64,000 nucleotides of DNA. It comes from Lama glama. Its lineage: Eukaryota. How positions within the stretch are numbered: the first letter of the stretch is position 1; every line of letters starts with the position of its first letter. Under the pieces are notes generated by a model. It was not told the origin of the DNA. It saw only the letters and a list, made by a program, of their open reading frames with translations, and ran no database searches. This document shows, piece by piece, positions 26,420-38,920 of the stretch. Both the position numbers and the translations under genes were made by a program. The stretch spans positions 10,666,001-10,730,000 of the forward strand of contig CM052818.1 of assembly GCA_028534125.1 (NCBI GenBank), given 5' to 3'.

Positions 26420-26764
26420 CAGAGATTCAAAGATGAAGACACAGCCTCTGTCTTCAGGGCATACACTGAATAGTGGAGATGAAGGAAAAGATTGGCAAAC
26501 ACCTGATGAAGTATCATTTATACAGAGGGTGGGTGGGGATTCCTGGTGGGGTCTCCCAACTTGATGTGGAAGGTGGGAGGATGTGAGGAACAGTTTCCCA
26601 TAGCAGGTGACATCTACCCTGAGTTCTGAAGAATTTGTGAGTGTTAATCAAGCTAAGGAGGGTAACAAAGAGTGTTTTACCAAAGAGTGTTTTAGCAAGA
26701 GAAAAGAAAGGATTCGAGAGAGAGAGCATGGTGTACTTGGAGAACTGCAAGCAGGTCAGTACGT

Positions 26765-26800
<36 letters not shown>

Positions 26801-27340
26801 ATCTACGTGAGAATCTAGGCACACGTGTGAAAAGGCAGTGGAATCCTGAAAAGGACAAGACCATGGAGCTGCTTGTTTTTCACACTAAAGTTTAAACTTT
26901 CCTTGGAAGGTAGTAGAAAGCTATTGAGGGATTTTAAGTGGGAGAGTAGCATGGCCAGGTTTATTTTTGAGGAAAACTTCCCACAGTGAGGAGAATGACG
27001 TGCATCTGGGCAGGACAGAGGCAGGGAGGAAAGTATGTACATGATGGAAGAGGTGATGAGGACTTAAGTTAGGTGACAGTGAGGATGTAGAAAAGGGAGG
27101 AAATACAAAAGCTATTAAGGAGGTTGAATTGACAGAAGAATTGATTGACTACTTGGGAAGGCAAGGGACTTGGTGAGGAAGGAACAGGAGGCATTAATGA
27201 CTCCCAGATGTTTGTCTGGGTAGCTAACCTTTTGAACAGCTTCAGTGAGATTGGACCAGCTGATATCATCCAAGGAAGGTTGGCCAACCATGAGATGAGA
27301 GGAAGGTCAAGGACAAAACCCTGATGATCACTAGTATTTG
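26420..27340 (-). mobile_element. LINE-2 fragment containing a (GT)n run at ~26769-26797
   Basis: 'ggagaactgcaagcagg', 'agctattgagggattttaagtggg', 'aatgactcccagatgttt' are typical antisense L2 motifs. Confidence 0.7.
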
Positions 27341-27469
27341 CATGGCAGGTGTTCCTCGTGAAAGATGCTGAATTTACAAAGGCTTAAAACTGAAGGCTTC
27401 CATCTTTAATTCAAGGCTCTCCTACAATATTCTCGAGTGTTAAATGGTAGTATAGCAACTGCTAAAAAT

Positions 27470-27655
27470 CTTGACATTTGTATGTGTCAATAATGGTGTA
27501 AAGTAGGCTTTATTAGTCTTTTATTAACGACAATTCAGGAGGTAGCTTGAATAAACTAGGTAGCTTCCCCAAGTTTATGCAGCTAGTAAGTGGGGGGATC
27601 AAAATCTGACCTATGTCTGTCTGATGTCAAAGCCATGCTCCTTCCACTGCATCAC
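27470..27655 (-). mobile_element. MIR SINE
   Basis: 'ccccaagtttatgcagctagtaagtgg...tctgtctgatgtcaaagccatgctccttccactgcatcacac'. Confidence 0.7.
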
Positions 27656-28239
27656 ACCTCTGACACCTCAGTGTAGCCACTCTGATCCATCATGCTGGCC
27701 CTGTTTGTGATGCTCCTCTGCTTTATTTCCAGCAACTCACACTCCAGACTTCTTCCAGGAAGCCACATCTCCCCCTCTAAAGCATTCTTCCTGGCTCATT
27801 TTATCCTACATTTTGCACCTCCCCTACAATTTTTTTTTTAATATTGTTTGCAGTTTGTTATTTCCGGTTTAGATTTTGGAGCAATTCAGCCAGAATATAT
27901 TGAATGCTAATTGTGTGCCAGATGTGACAATAAACACTTTCTAATATGTCACCTTGTGACCTAGATCTGGGTCATGTAGATATATACTGCTCCCGGATAA
28001 AGCAGAAATCCTTGTGTGTGTACTCTACTTCCTTTTAAGGCTCTATATTGGTAACATAGAGCTGATCATGTGTTGGTGTTTGAAAAGTGCTCACTGTAGG
28101 GGTGGATAAGTAAGTGTAAGTTCACTCAAGTGTTTATTGAGCTCTTTCTGTGTGTTTATCACTCTCCTAAAGAGTGTAATGTACAAGTAACACAGGAATA
28201 AATAAACCTGTATCTTTACCTACACCAATACCTATCAGT

Positions 28240-28460
28240 ATTCATCCATTCATTCGGATACCATTTATTGAGGACATGCTGCATGCCTAACATACTGTCA
28301 AAAGTTCTGATATATTCAAGATGCTACTCTTATCTCTAATTTAGAGGTGAGGATATAGGCTCAGAGAGGCTTTGTGACTTGCCTATGGAAGCACAGCTAC
28401 TGGTGACAGTGCTGGGATTGAAACTGTGGTCTATCCAATTCCAAAATCTGTGCTTAGAGG
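28240..28460 (-). mobile_element. L2 3' end followed by a MIR fragment
   Basis: 'ttcatccattcattc...catttattgagg' (L2 tail), then 'aggctcagagaggctttgtgacttgcc...cacagctactggtgacagtgctgggattgaaac' (MIR). Confidence 0.65.
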
Positions 28461-29107
28461 GGGAGAGAAAGAAAGGACGGAAAGTCAGAGGAAAAGAGGG
28501 AGATGAGAAAATAGGAATAAAAAATTTAAATAAACATGTAATACAGGAAATCAACTTAGGAGGCAGAAACTTGGACTGGACATGGGTGTCAAGAAGGGTG
28601 TCTGAGAGACACAGACTAAATGTGACCACAAGAGGCACACATCTTTCATTGTCTAAAGAGAGGAAATGCTCTTCATGAACATGACTTGTTCTAGAGCATA
28701 TCACAGACTTAAAAAAAAATATATCGGGAAGAGAAATATCCTGGAAGTTAAAATCCACGTAACCAGTAGGTAGCCAGCCTTTGTCGGGGGTGCTGCAGTT
28801 GAGGCTTCATCGACGCATTATCAGATTTGGATCTGATAATGCCAAATGAGCTGGGAAACCCAACCGTCACTTGGCTCTACTGTACAAATATATAAAGGTA
28901 TCAAAGTTAACTTATATAATAATGCAGAATAAGCTGATGTCAGATGTGGGAGCTGATTTACTCCCCTGTCCTGTGCTATTAACGTGGTTGTTCCCTTAAC
29001 AGAACTAAATGTCCTACACTTTTTTTCCCTGACATTCCATTTCTCACTGGAACAAGTGACACCCAGTTTCCTCTTGTCTGTGCTTATAGCAAAGCTACTT
29101 GGGAAGC

Positions 29108-29440
29108 CATGCTTGGCAAATTTTTTTTCTGTAAATGGCCAGATAGTAAATATTTTAGGCTTTTGGGGCTGCATAGTCTCTGTGGCAACTGCCCAACCCT
29201 GCCGTTGTAGAGTGGAAGCAGCCACGGGTAAAATGGAATGAGTGAGTGTGTCTGTGTTCCACAAAACTTTATTTATGGGCACTGAAATTTGACTTTAATA
29301 AAATTTTCATGTGTCAAAAAATAGAATTCTTTTGATTTTAAAACCCACTTTAAAATGTAAAAAGTCTTCGTAGCTTGTGGCTGTACAGAAATAGGAAGTG
29401 GGCTGGATTTGGCCCACGGCCCATAGGTTGCTGACCCCTT
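29108..29440. mobile_element. MER58B-like hAT-Charlie MITE, near full length
   Basis: 'ttggcaaattttttttctgtaaatggccagatagtaaatattttaggctt...gggctggatttggcccacggcccataggttgctgacccct' matches the MER58 termini. Confidence 0.88.
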
Positions 29441-30980
29441 CGCTCGAGCACAGAAATCCTGGGGTGCTTAGACTTTTCTGTGTACTTAGGACAGCTTTCC
29501 AGAAGGAAGTGGTTAGCTCACTCCATTAGTGCCTCTGAGCTTCTACTATTAATTGACATTATTTCCTAATTCCCAGCTATATTTTAAGGTATGAACCTCA
29601 GGAATTTTAAAGTCATTATGTGGGTGAGGGACTGTTAAAAATAAATCCTTCAGGTTTAGAAGTGGTAGAGAGGGAATAGAAGGTGTTAGCAAATCCAGGC
29701 GTTTTCAGGCCAGCGGTTCAAAAATCATCGAGGTGGGCCGCAAGTTGCCGTGAAAGGTCGTTGGTAGCACTTTGCGTCTTCTCTTTATGTACTTTATGCC
29801 TCTCATAAAATAAAGTTAAAGCAGTTTAATTTAACAGTCTAATTAGTAATAGATTTTTCATTTTATCTTTTTGACTATGCCCTGCAAAGATGAGATCTGG
29901 ATTTGACTAGGGCCGGGAGAGGATATTTATATATCAGTAGTTTAAATGAGGGCTTTTCTGATAGCAGCTTCTAGATGGAAAGTAATCTGTTTCTCTTTGA
30001 CTGCTAAAGAATTGGTGGGTATGGGGAGATATAACTGTATATTTTCTCCGAATAAGAGGTCCCGGAATTGGGGCGCCCTTTGAATCTCACTTCAACATCG
30101 TGCATTTCCTTCCTTATTTTATATGTGGTCCACAGGAAGGATAAAACCACTGTCGTGTAGGCAGCATCCAGGCGTGGAGGCGCCGAGTTTACGTGTCTCC
30201 GCTGACATTTGTTCTTTGTAACAGTGTTCCCCCAAGGGGCTAAGTGTGAGTTCCCTTTCTTTTTCTTTTTTAACTCTCTCACATTTGAAATAGGGGGAGA
30301 AAAACCCTTGCCCAACAGATCTAGAAATCCATCACCTTGGGATTCATTTTCTTAATTGGTTTTACACCTCTGAGCCGCAGCATGAGGGGCTGGGGCAAAG
30401 ACGAAGCCTGAAGTAAAGGCTTGATCTTGAAACTTGACCAAGAATTGAGAGAGCCGTCACCCCAGGGAGTTCAGTGAGACTGTACAAGCGCCCTCATTTT
30501 AGAAGGCAAAGGATGGGCGAGAGGCCACGGGACCGTGGTTGGTTCATACTTTCCCTGTATAAGCCAGAGAAGTGGCTACTTTTAGATTTGACTTCGTGAT
30601 TTAATCTCTCTAGAATCATTTAATTCTCTCCCGTCACTCCAAGTGTTCTGCCCAAAAACAGCAAGGAATATCCCCATAGATGTAATATTCACTAGAGAAC
30701 ATACAGCTTTTCAAGCTGAAAATAGGATTTTTTTTTTAAATGATCTATCCTGTCAAAACAGAGAGTTAAGTCCCTCAACCCATCAAAAAAAAAAATCCTT
30801 AAAAAGTCCATGTTTCCATTTATGCTGTAACAAATCTGTCCATTTGGGGGGATCTCTAATTTATTTAAAAAATAAGATGCCTGCAATTTCCTAAGGTGTA
30901 TTTTGTAAGGCAGCAGTAACAGACACATCTATTTCAGCATTTTAGTAAAGACAAAAAAAGGTATCTCCTAGGTATCCTTT

Positions 30981-31069
30981 GGAGGGTGGGTATAGCTCGG
31001 TGGTAGAGTGCATGCTTTGCACACACTTGGTCCTGGGTTCAATCCCCAGTACCTCCATTAAGAAAAAAA
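30981..31069 (+). mobile_element. tRNA-derived camelid SINE (vic-1 type), short form
   Basis: 'gggtatagctcggtggtagagtgcatgctttgcacacacttggtcctgggttcaatccccagtacctccattaagaaaaaaa' has A and B boxes and an A tail. Homologous to the SINE at 25.7 kb. Imperfect TSD aaaaaaagg..tctcct. Confidence 0.88.
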
Positions 31070-34000
31070 GGGGTGTCTCCTTTGGAAAATAAGTTTTTTT
31101 TCCTATGATGTACATTCAACTCATATTTTGAAAAACAGTGATTTTTCTTGTACGAAGCAGTCCCCTCCGTGCAGGCGGTATAGGAGCGTGTGTGCAGGGC
31201 CCAGACTCCTCAGGCTGTGTCCTTCCATGCTTGGGAGAAGTGGCTTCCGGGGCGGGGTGTCTGGCTCACCTGTTCCGTGAGCGCCCGAAGTTCTGCTTCT
31301 GCTCCCGTGTAAAGGTGGGCTTCTCCTTCAGCTCGCTGAATTTGCAACCTCGGGCTCCTGGAGCCAGACAGCACCTCAGATTAACTGTAGGAGTTTTCTT
31401 TCCCCACCCACAGAGATGAACACCGAGAAACCAGTTTGGTAATTTCTCTGCCTCTTAGTGCCCTCCTGAATGGCTCCAGGAACAAACTAGGCCAAAGGGG
31501 TATTTACTCAAATATGAATGGAAAAATCATTTCCATAACTGGGCACTGGCTCCAGACAGCTGATTTTCTTCTTGTAGGTGTGAGATTGGGATGCTGAGAG
31601 GGCTAGCAGAGAGAGGGAAGTGGTCCTGAAGGTGAGGGGGGTGTGTGGTGCAGCAAAGGGGAAAGATACACTCTTTCAGGTGAAATGGATTAACTGGGTG
31701 CTGTAAATGGCAGAAAGGAAGGCTTGAGATGGTTTCACCCACTCTGGCTGATTCATTTCATTAAGTTTGGATGAAGCCTTGGCTGTGTTTTTTGGTCATT
31801 TCTACCCATAGGATCAGGCACCCTCTCGTAAATAAGCCTGGTTGGCAGTAGTCTTCCCTTTGCTGCTAGGCTCACATGGTTCAAAAACTGCAAGGCTTAG
31901 GTACTAATATCCAGAGGAGGATGTTTTCAGAGAGAGACAAAAGGGAGAGGGAGATTGAGACATTGAAGTGGTTGCATCCTTGCATCCCCTTTGGGTTGGG
32001 GGGAAATGGGCTGTGTTGCAGCCAAAAGAGAAACAAAGGATGGCACAGAGAAAGCAGGTTCGCTGAGAGACGAACCCTTGCCTCCTCGGGGAAGGTAAAG
32101 AAAGAGCGCAGAAAGGAGTGTAAGGGACCACTGGCACCTGTTATCGGCCATTAACCAACGACCATGTACTGCTAATCTGTGATCATAAAAAGGCCATCTG
32201 CTAATGCTCAAAGGTCATTAAGATGCCAGCCGTGTTTACTCTGTTCTCATTGGTTGGGCCAGTCATTTCTAAGAAAAAAGGAGCTTAAATGGTTATTGTG
32301 GTGGGGCCTGCTAATGCTGCTCTAGTTATGGGCCTGTCAGTGTTTCCATTATAAACCCCTGCTCTTGGTGATTTAAAATACAGCCACAAAAATAGCAGGT
32401 TGTGTATGCATGCATGTGTATACATATGTGCGTGGTCTTTTTCTCTTTATAGAAGGGAAGATTTGAGGTGCACCAGCTTGACTCCATTCATGCTCAAAGA
32501 TATTTATTAGAAAGGAAAGGTCATTTCATTTGGGGTTCTTTTTTATTGAACCTGACTGATGGGCCTATTTTGGATAATAGCCTGCCCACAGTCCACAGTA
32601 CCTAAAATATGTTTTTGTTTTTGTTTTTTTTGTAAAATAAACATCTTCCCAAAGAAGAATCATTACCCCAATGTGACAGAAATTTTTGGCTCTTCCCATG
32701 CTGCTGAGAGAATTAGATTACATGTGGGTTGACCAAAGATTAGACTCCAGGGTTAGGAATGTACCTCATTGAGGGGACCTACTTAGTTAAAGCTTACCTC
32801 CCCTTCTGCAAGCTTCTCCCTAAAAGTTATCAGATGGGTTACCCCAATTTATTTTGTTTCTCTGACCTTTCCAAATGGATTTGTAGGTCTCTAAGGAGGA
32901 GAGTGGTAATGATTTCTTTTTCCTTTTTTCAAGATACTAGTGAATTCACAGGAACTCGTCAGGGTGACAGGAATATGCTGAATGTTCAAAAGTGTTGGTA
33001 ATATTAAAGCAGCTACTGAGAGCTAAATAATCTTGTTTTTATATCCATACTACATGCAAATGTGATAGATGTTTCTCTAGAATTCTGAGCAACTGCTCTT
33101 TCTTTCTTATATATTTTCTTGTCTCCTCTTCTAAGACTCCCCTGGAAAAGGAATGATAAAAACAAAGCTCTGTGTGTAAACTAACTGACCAAAAGGACTA
33201 AAAAACAAGTTATGTGATTCTAAAATTCCATATCCAGTCCGCTCATTGTGGCTGGTGACAAAGGTGGCTTTTAACAGTGGGTGGCCTGACAGACCATATG
33301 TTTGGCTACCTGGCCACAGCAGGTGGGAAAGACAGAGCCTACTTCTAAAATACGAATTTTAGCAATGCCGTGTGCATGTGTGTGTGTGTGCGCGCGCACA
33401 TGTTCACATTTTTGGGGTTAAAGCAGGCAAGGATGGTCAGACCTTCAAGGTTATATCAACGTAGACCTGTGTGTTTAAGTGTGATTTTCAAAAATGCAGG
33501 CAGATTTTTCTGTCTACTGAGATTCTTTAGTGATGGAGGCCAAGATTGCTCTTCTGATTTTTCCTCTTTCATTTATGATAAAACCACCGTTTCTCATCAT
33601 ATCCTTGCCTTTCATCTCTGCCAATTAACTAAGTAGCCAGAGCCTTGTTTTGAAAGATTCTGAGTAGTTAGTAAGCTCTTTTTTTTCTGAGCCAAGTCAA
33701 CGTGTCCTCTGGAGGCCTCTGAATGAGGGGTCTGTCCACTGCCCCACCCCTGTCTGCCTGTTAGTGCGGGCCTGGGCTTAATCGTCTGCTTTAAACGAGT
33801 TGCAAAGGGGGTGGGAGTTATAGTGTAGGGGGGGTGGGGTGGTGACCGCAGGTGGCTGAAGAAAGGGAGTCTTGTTCTCATGATGCTAAGTGGCTGGTTA
33901 GCACTGCTTTTACTGTGAAATTCAGCTTCTGTCACTTCGTAGCTAATTGCTTTATTATTCTGGGATCCAGATTGGACCTGATTTAGTTAGATCAGGAGCC

Positions 34001-35779
34001 ATGACTCTCCCTGGCATTTGGCCAGGATCCTTTCGATCCTTTGATCTGAGGTTTTATAATCACATTACCATTTAGACCGAGGCAGGAGGCATGGGGCTTT
34101 TGCTGCAGCTTTCTACTTACGAGGGCACAGGTTTGCTCAGTAGGCAGATGGAGTGCGACTCTGACCTGGGCAGGGTTTGAGGAATGGGGTCTTCTCCCTA
34201 ACTCAGTTTCTCCTTCTTGGTCTTAAACTTCATGGGTTTAATTTGCTTTCCTCTCTCCATTCAGCCCCAAATGCACTTGCCCCTTTGGTGGGTTTATTTT
34301 CGGCTAACATTGAACCCTAGGTAAGGTTTTGCTCTCTCTTTTTTTTTTTGACCAAAGCTTTGCTGCATAAGCTGGCTGTCCTTAATGTGAAACAAGTCAA
34401 CAGGTAGTTAAAATGACCTCCCATAATGGTAAGCAGAGGCTGGCTGGCCCCATCAGTTGTTCTGGATCCAGACACTGGGGCTGAAAACGTCAAGCGGCCC
34501 ACAGGGTGCATTGTTAGTGTGCCTGGCGAGGGTGAGGAGCAGGAGCGAGTCCGGCCTGCGATTTTTAATAGGCAGGGCTATAAAATGTCGGCCAGGTCTA
34601 AGTCACAGATGCACCACAGAGCTCTTTCAAGCCCTTATTCCAATGCTCCACTTGTAACTATTTTTAACCTTATTAAAAAGGAGCGAAATGCTTCAGCTTC
34701 ACAAGCGCATGCTATAGTCTTGCAGTAAATTTCTTTGCTTTATAACTCCACCTTTGATTCAGAAGGCCAGCGGGCATGAGAACTTGGATAAACATAAATC
34801 TCCTCCAGATCTGCTCCAGGGACCCACAGGCAGTTAGGGATGTGCTAGAGATGGGCCCTGGGTCTCCAGCTGGAGCAGAGGGGAAGGAGAGGCTCCCCTC
34901 CTTGGATTTTTCCGGCAACTCAATCTTCAGTTCAATCTTGCAAAGACAGAATTTGTGGCATTTGTGTAATAGAAACACAGACAAAAGTCAGAAGCATGCA
35001 CCCAGGCAGGTGATGTCTGATAACTTGAGCTCCACGTGACCAGTTTCCCAGCACAAGTTCAATGGGCATGTGGAAGCCAACTGCCGGAGTGGGAGGCAGA
35101 AGGGGGGCTGGCATTACAACTCCCAGGGATTTTTGTATCTTTTTTCTCACTTTTCACATGGCAGCTCCTCCTCTATCAGTGGCAGGGTCTAAAATCTCAT
35201 TTAGAATTTCTTCTAAGCTTTCCAGTATAGAAAGTCTTTACTAACTTCTAAAATGACTTTTGGGAGCCTGGCAAAATCTTGGTCTGAAGTACTTGCACGG
35301 GTCTCTTTTTTTTATCATGATTCAAAACTGAAAGAGATCCTTGCCTGCCATGATGTTTTGGGTCCAGATGCCCACCATGCGAAGAAACCCAAAGTGGACT
35401 AAATGTCAGATGGTCAGTAAGGAGGCTTGAGATGAGCTCACTTGATAGCAGAAGTTTGGGGTTTGAAAATTTACTCAGTCTTTGTGGAGTGTCTGTGTAC
35501 TGTGCCAGGATCAAAGGAGCATTGCATGGGGCGAGTAACCCAAGACTTCTGTTCTCCATGAACTTGTCACCTTATTAGCGATGTCCCACCTAGTTATGGA
35601 GCTGTGCAGGACAGTACATGGCTAGAGAGTTAACACCAGTGGGGGTCAGAGAAGAAAGTATCTGTGGTGCCAGGACAGGTCAATAAAGGCTGATGAGACC
35701 AGAGGCACTCAATTCTCAGCTTCTGTTAAGTGTAGACTGTAATGGGCATCTGATATTTTTGACTGTTGATGATTACTTC

Positions 35780-36270
35780 TCCCAACTTACTTCTGGTAAC
35801 ATTCTTTTTACCGTAGGAAAAAATCCATTTCACTTGATTGGTTCAACTGGGCTGCCCCTACCCCAGGGCTGGGCATGGGACTGAGGCCTCTTCAATCTCA
35901 CCACCATGGCTGCACTGATTGGCTCAAGGAAGGACACCTGACTCCATCTGGCCGATCATAGTCCTCCTGAGACTTTCTTGACAGAGCTGTAGGGAAGGCT
36001 CACTCTTTCCTCTGGGCTTGCTAGGCTGAAGGTGTGTGAGTGAGGGGCTGCTAGCAGCCCTCCTGACACCCTGTGAAGAGAACCAGTTGGAGCTGAACAG
36101 AGATCAGCAGAGCTAAGAGATGGCAAAAGAAACAGACATCCTCTGGTGATCATTTGAACTTCCATCTCTAGCCGCGTCTGAAGCCAGTTGTGTAGGCTGA
36201 TAATTTCTTTTACTTCTGCGAGTTTGAGTCAGGTTCTATAACTTGTAACTGGAAGAATATGACTAATATG
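35780..36270 (+). mobile_element. MaLR LTR (old MLT1J/K/L-like)
   Basis: 'tgattggctcaaggaaggacacctgac', 'agcagagctaagagatgg', 'ctgaagccag', and the end 'gtttgagtcaggttctataacttgtaactggaagaatatgactaata'. Confidence 0.7.
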
Positions 36271-37289
36271 GGATGGCTGGGGTGTGATGATAGAAATGTT
36301 TCAAGGAAGTAGGGTGTTGGTCCCTATGTCAGTGTTGGTAGCTCATAAACAGGATAACTTGACCCAAAACAAAACAGCAACAACAGACTGTCACCCTGCC
36401 AGCTCATTTTTCTTAAAGACCAGCTACATGAGAGTGTATAGATTCAAAGCAAGATGGAATGTTTATTATTACTGGGCCCAATGCATCCATTTTTAGAAAT
36501 ACATTCATCAGGTGGAGTCCCTCCTCAGACCCTCCCCAGTTTCCTCAGAACCCTCATTATTACCGTATATTCTGCCTAGTACACACTTCAAAGCATTATA
36601 CTTCGACTAGAACATTCAGTGCAATAAATATTACTGAACTCTATGAGTCAGGCACTGTGCAAAGTCTGGAGGACACACTGATGGACAAGACAGACACGAT
36701 ATCTGCCCTCACAGAACTTATAAACTCAGTAAAATTCCATAAACTGGCATTATTTAATGAGAAGAGTTTTTCTGTGGCCTTAAATTTATTAAGCACTCAG
36801 TGACTAAGATCTCAAGACATTATCCACTGGGCCTCAGGACATACCCGTCTTAGACATTGGAGATCTCTAATTCCTTCTTAGGGTCTGTCTGCTAGTGTGG
36901 ATGTGCCTGATGTCATAATCCAGGGGCCTTGATTTATTTAAGTGTTAGACTCCTAAGGATTGGGCTCTTTCTACTAAGTTGCTTTGCACAATGCTGACTA
37001 AAGGATTATACTTAAATTTAAAAGAAAAAATATTTAAAAAGGAAGAAAGAAAATAACAATAAATATGTCAATTCCAGCTGAACTGAATGTAATATCCTCT
37101 GTTCCCCCTACAACATCCTTCCCACTTTCTGTCTTGGACCAGCATGTCAAAACTTGTACCATTGGCATGTGTACTTTTATGCTTTTAAGTAACGATACCC
37201 TCATGGTAGCAGAACAGGATAGCCCGGCGGCCATGAGTAGTGGAGACTTTAGACCCTGGTCTGGCTCTCCTCCCATTTGTAAGAGGAGT

Positions 37290-37440
37290 AGCGTCACACT
37301 GTGGTCTGAAGCCTGGCTCTGTCACTTAGTAGCTGGATGTCCTCGGTTGAGTTGCTTCATCACTCTGAACTTCAGATTCCTCAATAAGGATTACATGAAA
37401 TAATGCATGAAAAATGTTTAGCAAAATGCTGGCATATGAA
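37290..37440 (+). mobile_element. MIR SINE; its 3' end continues at ~38091-38120, after the L1 insertion
   Basis: 'cctggctctgtcacttagtagctggatgtcctcggttgagttgcttcatcactctgaacttcagattcctca'. Confidence 0.75.
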
Positions 37441-38090
37441 AAAATCTGTAAAGGATGCTAAAATTAGTATGTGAATGTATGATGAAAGCAGAATGTTTCC
37501 CATCTCTAAGAATCTCCCTGAGATGCACATAAGTTATAAAGGGAAAAATAGTAATTTTACACTGGAGAAGCCTGACAAATACCACCTTTATCATGCGATC
37601 AAAGTTATCAACATAATAAATCATGATATGTAGTATCTAATAATAGTGGGGCAGACCTAAATCATGTGCCTCCTGAAGTGAGGCACTGAGAAGGACACGC
37701 CACATTTGTGATACTTTTGCCTGAGCCTAATCTTGAGGAAGTATCAGACCAAACCACACTGGGGGACGTTTAAAAAAGTAACTGACCTGTACTCTTTAAA
37801 ACTATCAAGGTCTTGAGAGATAAAAGACAGACTGAGGAACCGTCTAGCTGATCCAGGATTAGATACTGGAGCAGATAAAAAGGAATCTAAATGGAACAGT
37901 TGACAAATTTTGAATATGGTCTTCATCCAATTATAACATTTTTCAACGTTAATGTTATGATTTAGATCATCGTATGATGGTTATGTAAGATGTTAATAGT
38001 TGAGGAATCTTGAGTGAAAAGTGTATGAATTCTGTATGCCAATGTTATAACATTTTGAAGTCTGAAATTATTTCAAAATGAAAAAAAAAA
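37440..38090 (+). mobile_element. LINE-1 3' UTR (L1MC4/5-like) with A tail
   Basis: 'aagggaaaaatagtaattttacactggagaagcctgac', 'atcagaccaaaccacactgggggac', 'aagtctgaaattatttcaaaatgaaaaaaaaaa'. Confidence 0.8.
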
Positions 38091-38534
38091 TGCAGGTAGT
38101 AGGCATTCAGTAAACTGTGTTGTGACCAAGGGAATCTTCCTGAACCTGGGCCAGCCGTTTAGATGGGGTTGGCAGTTGGAATGCGGGGTCTGTGAGTTCC
38201 TCTGCCAGGAGGTCCGGTAGCTTGTGAGGGTGCCATGCATTTGCAAGGACGTTCCTGGGCTGGTCTCTGTCTGGTCCTCCCCCTAGGGTCTGTCCTTCGT
38301 TTCCATAGCTCCTTTGAGGAAGAAGTTTGAGACAAGTAAGAAGTTACTGTCTGACAGTTTTTAGAAATGGGGCTCCTCCTTTAGGTTGGTGAGAGCGTGC
38401 AGTCGACAAAGATTCACCCAGAGCTCTCTCTGAGCTCAGCTGTTATTTTTGCTCTGAAATCTACCATCATTTTTTCACTCTCTGCACCTTGCCTTTCAAT
38501 CACTGGAAACAGGAGGAATAATGACGGAGTTATA

Positions 38535-38920
38535 AAAAAGTGCTGTGTCCAATTCTGACGTCAGATTATCAACACAGTGTGTGTGGTAGAAGAAAACTGA
38601 GAAAAGGTGACTAAAGCTACCAAGGGGAATACTCTGTGGATGTACAGAGTTTTAGAGAGAGACTCGGTTCCAGAAAAACCAAACCAGAGAGAATACGATC
38701 TATAAAATGTGTAAGGTCTTGGTGGGTGAACATGTGTTCTTCACCACCCGTGACAGGAAGACCGGCTGCATGTCGAAATGTAAAAGGACCAGTTCTCAGA
38801 AGATAAGAGGGAAAAATGATTTCACGAAGTAAACAAAACAGAGTCTTGCTATCAGGTAATAAGTCTTAACAATGATGAGGTTCAAGAAGGATTTGGATTA
38901 AGTCACAGGTGACAGATATA
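38535..38920 (+). mobile_element. Ancient CR1/L3 LINE 3' fragment
   Basis: 'gctgtgtccaattctg' (cf. YCVQFW), 'gaaaaggtgactaaagctaccaagggg', 'ggttcaagaaggatttggattaa' resemble CR1 RT C-terminal/3' sequence. Confidence 0.55.

Noticed and set aside
30987..31058. tRNA-like sequence (also 25740-25813 on the minus strand)
   Set aside because: It has A and B boxes but degenerate stems, an A-rich tail and TSDs. It is a SINE head, not a tRNA gene.
31578..31631. 54-nt exon-like segment (ttttcttcttgtag | ... aag|gtgagg)
   Set aside because: It has stop codons in all three frames, and such pseudo-exons are common. It could only be a non-coding exon, and nothing supports that.
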